From an uncultured Gammaproteobacteria bacterium (GTDB taxonomy: Bacteria; Pseudomonadota; Gammaproteobacteria; UBA9214): a stretch of DNA of 64,000 nt. The position numbers were made by a program, and so were the translations under genes. Below the pieces are notes generated by a model. It worked only from the letters and a program-made list of their open reading frames with translations. It had not been told where the DNA came from and searched no databases. Every line of letters begins with the position of its first letter. Position 1 is the stretch's first letter. Where the stretch lies: NCBI GenBank assembly GCA_963710815.1, contig CAVQCA010000157.1, forward strand, positions 40,271 through 104,270, given 5' to 3'. Shown here piece by piece: positions 21,338-31,934 of this stretch.

Positions 21338-22141
21338 ATGTCGAAACAATCGCGTAGTAAATGCCGAACAGGCGCAACCAGGAAATCAGGCAGTCGAGCA
21401 GACCTGGAAATTCTCACCACCGATGGTGTCGTCATCGACATCAACACCTTCACTCTCCACCCCTCCCGCAACACCAGCCGCAACAGTCCCCGCCGCATCG
21501 AAGCCAGAAACCGGGCACAGGGGCAGTACATGGCGGCCATCACCGGCTACCCGCTAACGTTCGGTCTCGGCCCTGCCGGCACCGGCAAGACCTACTGTGC
21601 CACGGCCATGGCGGTGGAGGCCTTCGAGCGGCGCGAGGTCGAGCGCATTATCTTCACCCGCCCGGCCATCGAGTCCGGTGAAACCCTGGGCTTCCTGCCC
21701 GGCAAGGTCCAGGAAAAGATCGAGCCCTGGTTCGCCACCTTCCGCGGCTACCTCAACGATCTGCTCGGCAAGGGCGTGGTCGACTGTGCATTGAAGAACG
21801 AACGCATCATCTTCGAACCGCTCGCCTACATGCGCGGCAAGACCTTCGATGACGCCTTCGTGATCCTCGACGAGGCGCAGAACTGCACCCGCCTGCAGCT
21901 GAAGATGTTTCTTACCCGCATCGGCGAGCGCTCCCGGGTGGTGGTGAACGGCGACCTGAACCAGTCCGACATTGCGCGTGATTCAGGACTGCTCGATGCC
22001 GTCGCTCGACTGCGCGGTCTGCGTCACGTGCATATCCACGAATTCGGCTGTGGTGATATCGTGCGTAGCGACCTGGTGCGCGCCATCATCGAACGCTACG
22101 CGGACAATACACGCTCGGAGGGCAGCTACTTCTCGTATTAA
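21338..22141 (+). CDS. PhoH-like ATPase
   Basis: …YMAAITGYPLTFGLGPAGTGKTYCATAMAVEAFERREVERIIFTRPAIESGETLGFLPG…, a PhoH/YbeZ-type P-loop. The N-terminal 60 aa are low-complexity, so the start is uncertain. Confidence 0.75.
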   Translation: MSKQSRSKCRTGATRKSGSRADLEILTTDGVVIDINTFTLHPSRNTSRNSPRRIEARNRAQGQYMAAITGYPLTFGLGPAGTGKTYCATAMAVEAFERREVERIIFTRPAIESGETLGFLPGKVQEKIEPWFATFRGYLNDLLGKGVVDCALKNERIIFEPLAYMRGKTFDDAFVILDEAQNCTRLQLKMFLTRIGERSRVVVNGDLNQSDIARDSGLLDAVARLRGLRHVHIHEFGCGDIVRSDLVRAIIERYADNTRSEGSYFSY

Positions 22142-22164
22142 CGGAACGTTGGACCGTGAAGAAG

Positions 22165-22258
22165 TAATTTCACCGCAGAGACGCAAAGAGCGCAGAAAAA
22201 ACCTTTACTGACAACATATAACCGCTTTACACACTTCACGTCTCCGCGATGAAGATGG
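22165..22258. repeat. CGCAAAG-octad palindromic repeat, copy B (degenerate right arm)
   Basis: TTCACCGCAGAGACGCAAAGAGCGCAGAAAAAACC … CACGTCTCCGCGATGAAG, immediately after the phoH-like stop. Confidence 0.5.
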
Positions 22259-22494
22259 AGGATTTTGCACGGCAACAGCCAGTCGCGCAGCTGCGCACTG
22301 CAGCGTAACTACCAGCCGCAACTGTGGAAGATTGCGGGAAAAGTCATTCGTTGTCGCTATAATGCACCCCCAGAATCCATGCGGCGGTTACCATGACGCC
22401 ATGGGTACCTCGAATTATTCATTCACCTACTGTAGAGACGGGCTCTTGTGCCTGCTCCTACGAAAGGTATCTCCATTCTCGAGGGTGACCTCTA

Positions 22495-23319
22495 TTGAAC
22501 AAGCTTCACCCCCGGAACCTGGCCGCCGCGTTCGCGGCAATCGATGCCGAGGCGCGGGCCGAGCGGGCGAGGCAACCCGGCGCAGAGCGGCGCGCTGCAG
22601 TGGCGCTACTCACCGTGGCCGTCTGCCTGTTGATGATCCACTACCTGAAATTCGAGACCAGCTTCGAGGCATTCCTCGACTGGGTTGGCCAACAGACGGG
22701 AGATCCCGGTTTCACCCGCGTTTTACGGCATGGCCGCTGGTACGAACTCTACACCGAACTGTGGTGGGGCGCGGTGCATCTGCTGGGCTATGTCATACTG
22801 CCCTCGCTGGTGATCCGCTTCATCCTGCGCGAGCGGGTGCGCGACTTCGGTCTGCACTGGGGCGAGACCGTGCGCTATGCCGGCTGGTACCTGCTGCTGG
22901 CGACGCCGATTATCGGCTTCGCCTTCCTGGTGAGCCACCGTCAGGACTTCCTTGAACACTACCCGTTTTACCGACTGGCTTTCCGCAGCGGCTTCGACCT
23001 GCTCGCATGGGAGGTGATCTACCTTCTGCAATTCGCCTTCCTGGAATTTTTCTTCCGCGGATTTTTCCTGCACGCATGCAAACCGGCATTCGGCGCCAAC
23101 GCCATCTTCGTCATGGTGGTGCCCTACCTGATGATTCACTTTGCCAAGCCCTGGCTGGAGGCGAGCGGCGCCATCCTGTTCGGCCTGTTCCTGGGCGTGC
23201 TGGCGCTGCGCTCGCGCTCCATCTGGGGCGGCACGCTGGTGCACATGAGCGTCGCACTCAGCATGGATCTGCTGGCGTTGATGCAGACAGGTCATCTCCC
23301 GGGGCGCTGGTGGCCATGA
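22495..23319 (+). CDS. CPBP-family intramembrane metalloprotease (CAAX protease / Abi-like)
   Basis: Polytopic protein with the EExxxR motif (…LEFFFRGFF…) and downstream His motifs typical of the CPBP family. Confidence 0.7.
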   Translation: MNKLHPRNLAAAFAAIDAEARAERARQPGAERRAAVALLTVAVCLLMIHYLKFETSFEAFLDWVGQQTGDPGFTRVLRHGRWYELYTELWWGAVHLLGYVILPSLVIRFILRERVRDFGLHWGETVRYAGWYLLLATPIIGFAFLVSHRQDFLEHYPFYRLAFRSGFDLLAWEVIYLLQFAFLEFFFRGFFLHACKPAFGANAIFVMVVPYLMIHFAKPWLEASGAILFGLFLGVLALRSRSIWGGTLVHMSVALSMDLLALMQTGHLPGRWWP

Positions 23320-23461
23320 CGATGCCCGGGACCATCCCGGTAGTGCATCACGCTTACCGTGGCAGGCTGCCGGCGTTGCCGCAAATCGGCGACCTCCCGG
23401 AGCGTGGCCTGTCATGAAATCAGCCGGAGCAAACTCCGAGGGACATCACCGTTACCGGAGC

Positions 23462-24166
23462 ATGCTCTGGGCAATTCTTTTGCTGGCCGCGTTGCCCGCC
23501 TCGCTGCTGGCCAGCTGGCAATTGCTCACAAGCGCCGACTTTCTCTACCCGTTGTGGTACGACGTGATCGGCATCGACCGCACCATCGCGGAGTACGGAC
23601 CAAAGAACCGCTACAGGAAACACTTCGAACTCACTACGCGGGAGGAACGCAGCCGGCTGTTCGCCGCCATCGTCGCCGGGATCAATGACGGCGGACAGGG
23701 ACTGGAAACCCTTACCTACCACGACGCCCGGGGCCAGGCCGTCGCGCCGCTGCTGCGTTCCCCGGAGATCACTCACCTGCGTGACGTAGCGCGACTGGTC
23801 AATGGGCTTTACCGTCTCGGCCTGGGGGCCATTGTGGTATGGATTATCGTACTCGCCTGGCTATGGCGTATGCGCCTGCCGCCTCCCCCGCTCGGGCGCT
23901 ACTTCGCGGGCCTTGGTCTTCTCGCGGTCGTGTTGACCTTCGCCGTCATCGCTATCGGGGCGAAGAAGGTGTTCTATACCGCGCACACCCTGATCTTTCC
24001 GGCCGGTCACCAGTGGTTCTTCTATTATGAGGAGTCCCTGATGACCATGCTGATGAAGGCGCCTGACCTGTTCGCCGCCATCGCCGCGGAGTGGCTGCTG
24101 CTGACCGCCCTGTGCTACTGGCTGGGCATCCGCCTGTCACGCCGGATCGTCCGCCGCGTCACCTGA
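23462..24166 (+). CDS. DUF1461/TIGR01906-family integral membrane protein
   Basis: N-terminal TM, a large extracytoplasmic segment and C-terminal TM helices (…FYTAHTLIFPAGHQWFFYYEESLMTMLMKAPDLF…). Family assignment is from memory. Confidence 0.5.
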   Translation: MLWAILLLAALPASLLASWQLLTSADFLYPLWYDVIGIDRTIAEYGPKNRYRKHFELTTREERSRLFAAIVAGINDGGQGLETLTYHDARGQAVAPLLRSPEITHLRDVARLVNGLYRLGLGAIVVWIIVLAWLWRMRLPPPPLGRYFAGLGLLAVVLTFAVIAIGAKKVFYTAHTLIFPAGHQWFFYYEESLMTMLMKAPDLFAAIAAEWLLLTALCYWLGIRLSRRIVRRVT

Positions 24167-24270
24167 GCATCCTGCAGGAACGGCCCTTGCCGTGAAGGGT
24201 TTCCGGTCACGCCAGCCTCGTGCGCAGGTTGCCAGTTCCAGCAAGCTGATATATCTATAACCAGTGTTTA

Positions 24271-24393
24271 TCCATAAACACCATTCTCAACGCAAAGACG
24301 CAAAGTTCGCAAAGAAAACCAACTACAAAAACAATTAAAAGACTTTGCGTTCTTTGCGCCTTTGCGTTGAGCTTATTTCTTTATGGAGGACGC
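24271..24393. repeat. CGCAAAG-octad palindromic repeat, copy C (complete)
   Basis: TCCATAAACACCATTCTCAACGCAAAGACGCAAAGTTCGCAAAGAAAACC…(AT-rich loop)…GACTTTGCGTTCTTTGCGCCTTTGCGTTGAGCTTATTTCTTTATGGAGGACGC. Confidence 0.8.
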
Positions 24394-24409
24394 TAACGAC
24401 CCCCACGTT

Positions 24410-27400
24410 CTACAGCAGCACCCGTTCGATGCCGCCGTCGCGGACGCTGGAGATGAACTGCTTCTCCCATTCCCTGCCGAGCAGGTGGTTGGCGAGTTCC
24501 ACCACGATGTAATCGGTTTCGAGACCGGTGTCATCGGCATAGCGGGCCAGTCCCTGCTGGCAGGACGGGCAGGAGGTCAGCAGTTTGACGTTGCCCGCGA
24601 TGGCGGTCGTCTCCCCCGTCAGTGCCTGAATTCCCTGGGCGAGCTGCTCCTGCTTGCGGAAGCGCAGCTGGGTGGCGATGTCCGGGCGCGACAGGGCGAA
24701 GGTGCCGGCCTCGCCGCAGCAGCGGTCGGAGAGCATGACCGGCTGGCCCATCAGGGTCGAGGCGACCTGGATCGGGTTGTGGGTCTTCATCGGCGTGTGG
24801 CAGGGATCGTGGTAGAGGTACTGCACGCCCTGCCCCGCCTCGAGATGCACGCCCTTCTCCAGCAGGTATTCATGGATATCGAGCAGACGGCAGCCCGGGA
24901 AGATCTTGTCGAACTCGTACTCCAGCAGCTGGTCCATGCAAGTGCCGCAGGAGACGATGACGGTGCGGATGTCGAGGTAGTTGAGGGTGTTGGCGACGCG
25001 GTGGAACAGCACCCGGTTGTCGGTGGTGATCTGCTGCCCGCGGGCGGCATCGCCGCCGGCTTTCTGCGGATAGCCGCAGCAGAGATAGCCAGGCGGCAGC
25101 ACGGTCTGGGCACCCGCGTCGTAGAGCATGGCGAGCGTCGCCAGACCGATCTGGCTGAACAGGCGCTCGGAGCCGCAGCCCGGGAAATAGAACACCGCAT
25201 CCGAGGCCTCCGACACCTTGCGCGGGTCGCGCAGGATCGGCACCATGCGGCTGTCCTCCAGCCCCAGCTGCGCGCGCATGGCCTGGCGCGGCACGGAGGA
25301 TGGCATGGGTTTCTTTACGAAATGCACCAGCTGGGAGCGCAATGTCAGCGGACCGCTGGTCCCCTCCGGCAGCCCCCCGTCCCGCACCGGCACCAGCCGT
25401 CGCGCCAGGCGCACCGCGAGGCGCTGGCTGCGATAGCCCCAGTCGATCATCAGCTTGCGCATCAGCTTGATGGTCGCGGGATCGGTGACGTTGAGAAAGG
25501 TCATCGCCGCCCAGGTGATCGGGCTGTAGTGCTTCTGACCGCGCTCGCGCAGCAGCTTGCGCATGCGCATGGTGACTTCGCCGAAATCGATGTTCACCGG
25601 GCAGGGATTGAAACACTTGTGACAGACCGTGCAGTGGTCCGCCACATCGTTCATTTCCCTGAAGTGCTGCAGGGAAACGCCGCGGCGTGTCTGCTCCTCG
25701 TAGAGGAAGGCCTCGATGATCAGGCCAGTGGCGAGAATCTTGTTACGCGGCGAATAGAGCAGGTTGGCGCGCGGGATGTGCGTGTTGCACACCGGCTTGC
25801 ATTTGCCGCAGCGCAGGCAGTTGCGGATGTCGTCGTTGAGCGCGCCGAGTTCGCTCGCCTCCAGCAGCAGCGCCTCCTGCTGCACCAGGCGCAGCGACGG
25901 CGTATAGGCGCTGCCGAGTCCCGAACCGGGCAGCAACTTGCCGCGGTTGAAGTGTCCTTCCGGATCGATCTCCCGCTTGTAGTGTTCGAACGCGGCGATC
26001 GCCTGCGGCTCCATGAACCTGAACTTGGTCAGACCGATACCGTGCTCACCCGAGATGACGCCGCCCAGCGAGACGGCGAGTTTCATCACCCGGTCGACGA
26101 TCAGATCCGCCTCGTGCAGCATCGCATAGTCGGAGGAGTTAACCGGGATGTTGGTATGCACGTTGCCGTCGCCGGCGTGCATGTGGGTCGCGACGAACAG
26201 GCGGCTGGTGCGCAGCCCGGCATGGATGGCCTCGAGCTGCTCCAGCAGCCGCGTCCACTCGTGTCCGCCGAAAATCTCCGACAGCGGCCGCGCCACCTCG
26301 CCACGGTAGGAAATGCGCAGATCCCGACGCAGCAGCAGGTCCAGCACCCGGTCACCGGGCCGGGCCTTCGCCAGCACGTCCGCGTCCAGTAGCTCTGGAT
26401 GTTCCGCCGCCGGCTCATCCAGGTGATCGAGCAGGCTGGACCAGCGCGTCTTCCGGGCATCGAGCAGTTCCCGGGCGGCATCCTGCTTGGCCTGCACAAT
26501 GGTGCGATTCTCCTCGCTGTCGACAAATTCACCGTCGCGGTGCAGCGCCGCCAGGTCGCCGGCGAGGAATTCCCGCACCGCCTCGACGATAGCGAGCTTG
26601 TTGCGCGTCGAATACTCGATGTTCATGCGCTCGATGCCGGCGCTGTATTCATCCAGCCGCTCCAGCGGAATGACCACATCCTCGTTGACCTTGAAGGCAT
26701 TGGTATGCGAGGCGATCGCCGCGGTACGCGAGCGGTCGGCCCAGAACTGCTTGCGCGCCTCGGCGCTGACGGCGATGAAGCCTTCCGCGCCGCGCTGATT
26801 GGCCATGCGCACCACGGTCGAGCAGGCGTCGGCCACCGCCGTCTCGTCGTCGCCGGAGACGTCGATCAGCAGCACCATCTTGGGCAGTTCGCTGCGCGCC
26901 GCCTTGCTGCTGTACTTGACGGCCCGGACATAGCGTTCGTCCATGTGCTCCATGCCGGCCAGCAGCACATCCGGCCGGGCATCCAGGTAGTGCCGGGTTT
27001 CCACGATGGCCGGGACCGCGAGGCGCAGGTCGGTGCCGAAGAACTCGAGACAGATAGTACGCGTGTACTCCGGCTTGCGGTGCAGGATGAATTCCGCCGA
27101 GGTGATGAGACCGTCGCAGCCTTCCTTCTGGATGCCCGGAATGCCCGCGAGGAACTTGTCCGTCACGTCCTTGCCGAGGCCCGGTTTGCGCAGCGAGCTT
27201 CCCGGCACGCGGATGATTTCCGGCTCCTGCAGCGGCTGGTCGGGACCCTTCTGGTAGCGGATTACCCGGAATTCGACCTGCTCCTGCAGATGGATCTTGC
27301 CCAGGTTGTGGTTGAGCCGCTCGACCTCCAGCCAGTTGCCGTCCGGGGCCACCATGCGCCAGGAGACCAGATTGTCGAGCGCCGTGCCCCAGAGCACGGC

Positions 27401-28252
27401 CTTCTTGCCGCCGGCGTTCATGGAAACGTTGCCGCCGATGGTCGAGGCATCCTGGGAAGTCGGGTCCACCGCGAATACGTAGCCGTTGTGCCCGGCGTGC
27501 TCGCCCACCCGGCGGGTGACCACGCCGGCGCCGGCGCGCACGGTCGCCACCGGCCCGCTTACGCCGGGCAGTTCCTTCAGGTGGATATCTCCCAGGGTTT
27601 CGAGCTTTTCCGTGTTGATCACGGCGGAATCCCCGTGCAGCGGCACGGCGCCGCCGTGGTAGCCGGTGCCGCCGCCGCGCGGAATGATCGTCAGCCCGAG
27701 CGCGATGCAGGCCCGCACGATGTCACGAGTCTCCTGTTCGGTGTCAGGGCTGATCACCACGCAGGGCATCTCCACGCGCCAGTCGGTGGCATCAGTGGCA
27801 TGAGAGACGCGCGCCAGTCCGCTGAAGTCGATATTGTCGCGGCGCGTGATGCGTCCCAGGCGCTGGCGGATCCGTCGGCGCAGCTCCCGGGTGCGCGGAT
27901 ACCCGTCGGAGAAACTGGCAACGGCCTTGCGGGCGGCAGCCGCGAGCTGCAGGGCATCGGCATTGCCCTCGGCCCGGGCCACGATCTGGTCGAGGCGATG
28001 GTGCATCGCCCCGATCAGCGCATCCAGGCGCTTCTTGCTCGACAGCAGGTCGTCCTGAATATAGGGATTACGGTCCACCACCCACAGATCACCGAGCACC
28101 TCGAACAGCATGCGCGCCGACCGCCCGGTCACCCGGGAGGCGCGCAGCCGGTTGAGCAGATCCCACGTTGCCTCCCCGAGGTAGCGGATAACGATTTCAC
28201 GGTCGGAAAAAGAGGTGTAGTTGTAGGGTATTTCGCGGATACGTTCGGACAT
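24410..28252 (-). CDS. large FAD-linked oxidase / 4Fe-4S / CCG-domain dehydrogenase (YdiJ-like, D-2-hydroxyglutarate dehydrogenase family) with an N-terminal extension
   Basis: 1280-aa ORF with an FAD-binding PCMH domain, an FAD-oxidase C domain, a ferredoxin-type CxxCxxC…CP cluster region and C-terminal CCG repeats. Confidence 0.75.
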   Translation of the reverse strand: MSERIREIPYNYTSFSDREIVIRYLGEATWDLLNRLRASRVTGRSARMLFEVLGDLWVVDRNPYIQDDLLSSKKRLDALIGAMHHRLDQIVARAEGNADALQLAAAARKAVASFSDGYPRTRELRRRIRQRLGRITRRDNIDFSGLARVSHATDATDWRVEMPCVVISPDTEQETRDIVRACIALGLTIIPRGGGTGYHGGAVPLHGDSAVINTEKLETLGDIHLKELPGVSGPVATVRAGAGVVTRRVGEHAGHNGYVFAVDPTSQDASTIGGNVSMNAGGKKAVLWGTALDNLVSWRMVAPDGNWLEVERLNHNLGKIHLQEQVEFRVIRYQKGPDQPLQEPEIIRVPGSSLRKPGLGKDVTDKFLAGIPGIQKEGCDGLITSAEFILHRKPEYTRTICLEFFGTDLRLAVPAIVETRHYLDARPDVLLAGMEHMDERYVRAVKYSSKAARSELPKMVLLIDVSGDDETAVADACSTVVRMANQRGAEGFIAVSAEARKQFWADRSRTAAIASHTNAFKVNEDVVIPLERLDEYSAGIERMNIEYSTRNKLAIVEAVREFLAGDLAALHRDGEFVDSEENRTIVQAKQDAARELLDARKTRWSSLLDHLDEPAAEHPELLDADVLAKARPGDRVLDLLLRRDLRISYRGEVARPLSEIFGGHEWTRLLEQLEAIHAGLRTSRLFVATHMHAGDGNVHTNIPVNSSDYAMLHEADLIVDRVMKLAVSLGGVISGEHGIGLTKFRFMEPQAIAAFEHYKREIDPEGHFNRGKLLPGSGLGSAYTPSLRLVQQEALLLEASELGALNDDIRNCLRCGKCKPVCNTHIPRANLLYSPRNKILATGLIIEAFLYEEQTRRGVSLQHFREMNDVADHCTVCHKCFNPCPVNIDFGEVTMRMRKLLRERGQKHYSPITWAAMTFLNVTDPATIKLMRKLMIDWGYRSQRLAVRLARRLVPVRDGGLPEGTSGPLTLRSQLVHFVKKPMPSSVPRQAMRAQLGLEDSRMVPILRDPRKVSEASDAVFYFPGCGSERLFSQIGLATLAMLYDAGAQTVLPPGYLCCGYPQKAGGDAARGQQITTDNRVLFHRVANTLNYLDIRTVIVSCGTCMDQLLEYEFDKIFPGCRLLDIHEYLLEKGVHLEAGQGVQYLYHDPCHTPMKTHNPIQVASTLMGQPVMLSDRCCGEAGTFALSRPDIATQLRFRKQEQLAQGIQALTGETTAIAGNVKLLTSCPSCQQGLARYADDTGLETDYIVVELANHLLGREWEKQFISSVRDGGIERVLL

Positions 28253-28346
28253 GGTGAGGATGGGCTCTGCGGGGCAATCAGGAATAGTGGGAGTGCTATT
28301 TTACCAGCGCCGCCGTTGGCCGACTAAGTGCTAATTGGTGGCGAAC

Positions 28347-28659
28347 CAAAAACCCTGTTTTCACCGCAAAGACGCAAAGTTCGCAAAGAAACTTATTTAC
28401 AAAAAACAATCCTGATTATTCCTGAAGTTCAGCCATGGCTCAGATAGGCGGCCTCCACGCCAGAGCCACAAGACCCGCCGTAAATACTTCCCTGTGGGCT
28501 CGACTGCCGCATCCCTGCGGCAGAAGGTCCTTGCGACCCTGACCCGGAGGCCGCCAGTTAACGCTACCAGTGGCGGCATAAACCGGATTGCAGAGTTTCA
28601 GGGATAATTAGCGAAACAATTAAATCCTTTGCGTCTTTGCGTTGAATTTATTTCATTGC
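28347..28659. repeat. CGCAAAG-octad palindromic repeat, copy D, with a roughly 200-bp insert (28411-28620) in the loop
   Basis: Left arm TTCACCGCAAAGACGCAAAGTTCGCAAAGAAACTT and right arm CCTTTGCGTCTTTGCGTTGAATTTATTTC. The insert is GC-rich with long-range complementarity GGCGGCCTCC…GGAGGCCGCC. Confidence 0.75.
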
Positions 28660-28672
28660 TGATAGACATCAA

Positions 28673-29608
28673 TCAGCGTGGATTGCCAGTGGCGTTGCGC
28701 TTCATGCGCGTGATACCGCGGCGTAGCCGGGTGATTCCCTGCAAGCTCATCTGCGCGATAAAGAACAGCGGTGACAACAGGACCACGAGCGCCTCGCCAG
28801 GGCGCATCAATTTTGAGAGGAACCATTCACGATACCTGGAGTGCGTGACAAGGTGCTTGAGTCTGGTGTTCTTCTTGCGGCTGACGGCGAAGTTGTCGCT
28901 CTTGCTGATGCTCTGGGTGGCGATCATCGGAAACAGCGCGTAGGTGGCGGGGAGCATCGCGTAGGCCGAGTCCAGTGCCTTGCCGATCAGCCGGCGCTTC
29001 TCGATGCCGGGAGCGCCCCAGGGATGTTCGTGCAGCCAGCGCAGCAGGCGCGGACTGACGATGTAGGCATGCGCGCAGCCCGAACTGGTGCGCAGCACAT
29101 TGGGGCGCACGAAATAGGCCCACAGCGGCCAGTGACCCAGGAAGAAGATCATCCAGTCCGGCGGCAGCCCATCGATAGCGCGTCCGATGGCGCGCACCGA
29201 CCGCGGGCTCAGGCGGCGCACGAACTGCACGTCATCCTCGAAGATCAGCGTGGTGTTGCAGCCCTGCTGCCTGGCGTGCTCGGCCACCGCGCGGTGCGAT
29301 TCCCAGCTGCCGATATAGCCGCGGCCCGGGAACCGCAGCGGACGATAGAACAGCACCTGCCGGCACAGACCCACCTTGTGGAACTGGGACGCGACGTTGA
29401 CCGCGCGGTCTTCCCGGCTCTTCAGCGAGATGCAATAGACACCATCAAGGAACGACCAGTCCAGCGCCTGCGCGGGGTCGATGCTGCCGTTGCAGTACGG
29501 GCAGGACGGGTCGGGCGGACAGGGATGGAATACCGGCTCGTCGGGGGGCGACGTCCCGGGTTCCGGTTCCACTTGTGCTGGCAGGCTATTTATCATTCCG
29601 GTGGCCAA
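28673..29608 (-). CDS. glycosyltransferase family 25 (LPS/LOS beta-glycosyltransferase, Lic2A/LgtB-like)
   Basis: …VYCISLKSREDRAVNV…IFEDDVQFV… matches GT25 motifs; 311 aa. Confidence 0.6.
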   Translation of the reverse strand: MATGMINSLPAQVEPEPGTSPPDEPVFHPCPPDPSCPYCNGSIDPAQALDWSFLDGVYCISLKSREDRAVNVASQFHKVGLCRQVLFYRPLRFPGRGYIGSWESHRAVAEHARQQGCNTTLIFEDDVQFVRRLSPRSVRAIGRAIDGLPPDWMIFFLGHWPLWAYFVRPNVLRTSSGCAHAYIVSPRLLRWLHEHPWGAPGIEKRRLIGKALDSAYAMLPATYALFPMIATQSISKSDNFAVSRKKNTRLKHLVTHSRYREWFLSKLMRPGEALVVLLSPLFFIAQMSLQGITRLRRGITRMKRNATGNPR

Positions 29609-30039
29609 GGTCCCAGATGATCAATGAATTTCCACGTAAAAGCCAGAGTCGCAGAGGAATTTCTCATGGAAAACAATTACAACGTATGGCGTCTCTGCTT
29701 TGGAATGACAGGCTGACGAGAGGGGGCAGCAGGTTTCGGTCTGCCGACGCACCACGGCGCACGGGATCAACAGCGCGTATTATAACCATTTTCGAATCGC
29801 TATAATACTTCTGTCACGACCCGTAAGTCGCCAGATGGTAAATGATAACGGACATCACCGGGTATTGACCGCATCAGGTGTTAACAATCCCTTGTCAGAC
29901 GCCCGGGGGAGCGAACTACGGGATCACCCTGAGTATTGGACGGGTTCCCGAATTCACCTCACGGGATCCTCCGTCCATGGCTTCATGCGGTAGAGGACAG
30001 AATTGGCTATGATAAGGGCTTGTTCAAGCCATCGCGTTG

Positions 30040-30207
30040 CTAGGAACCTGTCGGACTTAGGCTTGATCTACTGCGCTGGCGGGAGAGCGGCCCATAGTTC
30101 CCCGATATTTCGTTGCATAGAACCACTATGCGCCTCGATATCGTGAACCTCTGTGCTCGCTCTCCCACCATGCTCGCTACGATCACCTAAGTCCGACAGG
30201 CTCCTAG
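30040..30207. mobile_element. MITE-like 168-bp element, copy 2 (reverse orientation relative to copy 1)
   Basis: CTAGGAACCTGTCGGACTTAGGCTTGATC…GATCACCTAAGTCCGACAGGCTCCTAG. Its core is the reverse complement of the copy-1 core. Confidence 0.8.
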
Positions 30208-30242
30208 TGCGGCGGATGACCCCACACAATCCGTCCACAGCC

Positions 30243-31169
30243 ATGAACGCCAGTCACCAGCCCGTCTTCCAGCGCCGCTTCCTGCGGCCCCGCTACTGGT
30301 CGATCTGGTTTGTCGTGCTGATGAGCATTGTCCTGGCCTTTCTTCCCGGGCGGCTGCGGGCCGGACTCGGGGATGGCGTGGGCTGGCTGCTCTGCCGCCT
30401 CGATTCCAGGACAAGGCGCATAGCACGGAAAAACCTGTCGCTCTGCTACCCGCGGATGACGGACGGGCAAAGAGACCGTCTGCTACGGGAACATTTCCGC
30501 ATCGCCGCGCATATTCTGCTCGGTTACGGCCAGCTGCTGGTGCGCTCGCCGCGGCACCTCCGCAGGCAGTTCGATATTCGGGGACTGGAACACGTCGAAC
30601 AGGCCATCGCCGGGGGCAGGAATATCATCCTGCTCTCACCGCACTTTCTGGCCATCGAGTATGCCGGGCAATGCCTGTCACATCAATACGCCATGGTCAG
30701 CATGGTGCGTCTGCACAGCAATCCGCTCATGGACTGGATTGTGACGCGCTTCCGAATCCGTTACGGCGGAGAGGTCTACAGCCACAAGGCCAGCCTGCTC
30801 TCACTGGTAAAAGCCACTCGCGGCGGCAAGTGGTTCATGTATTTTCCGGACGAGGACAAGGGCGCAGAGAACAGTGTATTCATCCCCTTCTGCGGCATTC
30901 CCAAGGCGACCATCCCGCTGCTGGGAAAACTGGCAGAGAGTTGCCGTGCGGCAGTCATCCCCACGCTGGCTTTCTATTCATCCGAGCGGCGTCGGTTCAG
31001 TATCGAGTTTCTTGAACCACTGCAGGATTTCCCGACCGGGGACACCGCGCAGGATGCGCTGCGGATGAACCGGCTGATCGAGGACATGGTGAACCGGGAT
31101 CCCGCGCAATACCTGTGGACGGCGAAGATTTTCCGGACCCGCCCGCCGGACGAACCGGGGTTCTATTAA
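30243..31169 (+). CDS. lpxL: lipid A biosynthesis lauroyl acyltransferase (LpxL/HtrB family)
   Basis: Collinear with E. coli LpxL from MNASHQPVFQRRFLRPRYW (cf. …LHPRYW…) through …YLWTAKIFRTRPPDEPGFY (cf. …YMWLHRRFKTRPEG…). The listed ORF is 5'-extended across the MITE. Confidence 0.85.
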   Translation: MNASHQPVFQRRFLRPRYWSIWFVVLMSIVLAFLPGRLRAGLGDGVGWLLCRLDSRTRRIARKNLSLCYPRMTDGQRDRLLREHFRIAAHILLGYGQLLVRSPRHLRRQFDIRGLEHVEQAIAGGRNIILLSPHFLAIEYAGQCLSHQYAMVSMVRLHSNPLMDWIVTRFRIRYGGEVYSHKASLLSLVKATRGGKWFMYFPDEDKGAENSVFIPFCGIPKATIPLLGKLAESCRAAVIPTLAFYSSERRRFSIEFLEPLQDFPTGDTAQDALRMNRLIEDMVNRDPAQYLWTAKIFRTRPPDEPGFY

Positions 31170-31176
31170 ATCAGTG

Positions 31177-31294
31177 TCCATCCATGGACACCATGCTCAC
31201 CGCAGAGACGCAATTATTTCCAATAGCCTCGCTAAAGAATCTCTCTGCGTTCCTTGCGTCTCTGCGGTGAGTTAATTTCCTTATGGACAGACAC
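31177..31294. repeat. CGCAAAG-octad palindromic repeat, copy E (complete; variant CGCAGAG)
   Basis: TCCATCCATGGACACCATGCTCACCGCAGAGACGCAA…TCTCTCTGCGTTCCTTGCGTCTCTGCGGTGAGTTAATTTCCTTATGGACAGACAC. Confidence 0.8.
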
Positions 31295-31328
31295 TAATGA
31301 ATCAAGCGCCGTGGACGCGCTCAGGCTG

Positions 31329-31934
31329 CTAGCCGCCGCTCTCGCGGTTAATGCGGGCAAGCCGCGCGGTCAGCGTGTCGATGCCGCTCTTGCGAATTTC
31401 GGCGGCATAGCTGCTCCGGTTGCTGGCCACGAGACTGATGCCATCAATTGACACATCGTAGACTTTCCAGTCGCCACCCTTGAGATGCATGCGGTAGTCG
31501 ATGGGTATGGGTGCCCCATTCCCCTGCTCCACCTCGGTATGCACTGCCACATCATTGGCGGCGGCAGGCGCACGCAGGGGTTTGAAATCAATCGTCTGAT
31601 CCCTGTACTTCATCAGCGACGCCGCATAGAAGTGCACCAGATGCGTGCTGAACTCCTGGGTAAAGCGCTGCTGCTGTTGCGGATTGATATCTCGCCAGTA
31701 GCGGCCCAGCACCAGCTTCGCCGTGGCATCGAAGTCGAAGTGCGGCACGACGATACGGTTCAACAGCTTGTACATCGAGGCGGGGTCACGTTCGGCCAGG
31801 TCCGGCTCTTTGTTGAGCGCCTGGGTTACCTGGTTTGAGATATCGATGACCAGCAGGCGTGCGGAGTCCGCCGCTCCTCTTGCGACACCGGTGACAAACA
31901 GCACCATCGTCAACACGATAACCAAACGTCTCAT
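31329..31934 (-). CDS. MlaC/Ttg2D-family periplasmic phospholipid-binding protein
   Basis: Signal peptide plus the MlaC-like body (…LLNRIVVPHFDFDATAKLVLGRYWR…YRMHLKGGDWKVYDVSIDGISLV…), with GGAGG 6 nt upstream of the ATG. Confidence 0.7.
   Translation of the reverse strand: MRRLVIVLTMVLFVTGVARGAADSARLLVIDISNQVTQALNKEPDLAERDPASMYKLLNRIVVPHFDFDATAKLVLGRYWRDINPQQQQRFTQEFSTHLVHFYAASLMKYRDQTIDFKPLRAPAAANDVAVHTEVEQGNGAPIPIDYRMHLKGGDWKVYDVSIDGISLVASNRSSYAAEIRKSGIDTLTARLARINRESGG

Noticed and set aside
24383-28327. Long plus-strand ORFs 24383..26392 (669 aa) and 26399..28327 (642 aa)
   Set aside because: They are antisense to the 1280-aa YdiJ-like gene. Their products are Arg/Ala/Gly-rich, low-complexity and typical of high-GC antisense frames. 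The minus-strand product has clear FAD-oxidase and Fe-S motifs.
29800-30039. tmRNA, RNase P RNA, 6S or SRP RNA in the non-coding stretch before MITE copy 2, and TPP or cobalamin riboswitches in the 28411-28620 insert
   Set aside because: No match to the conserved 5'/3' ends or core motifs I can recall for these RNAs (the GCCACTG B12-box-like heptamer is isolated without the surrounding consensus). Left as an unclassified candidate instead.
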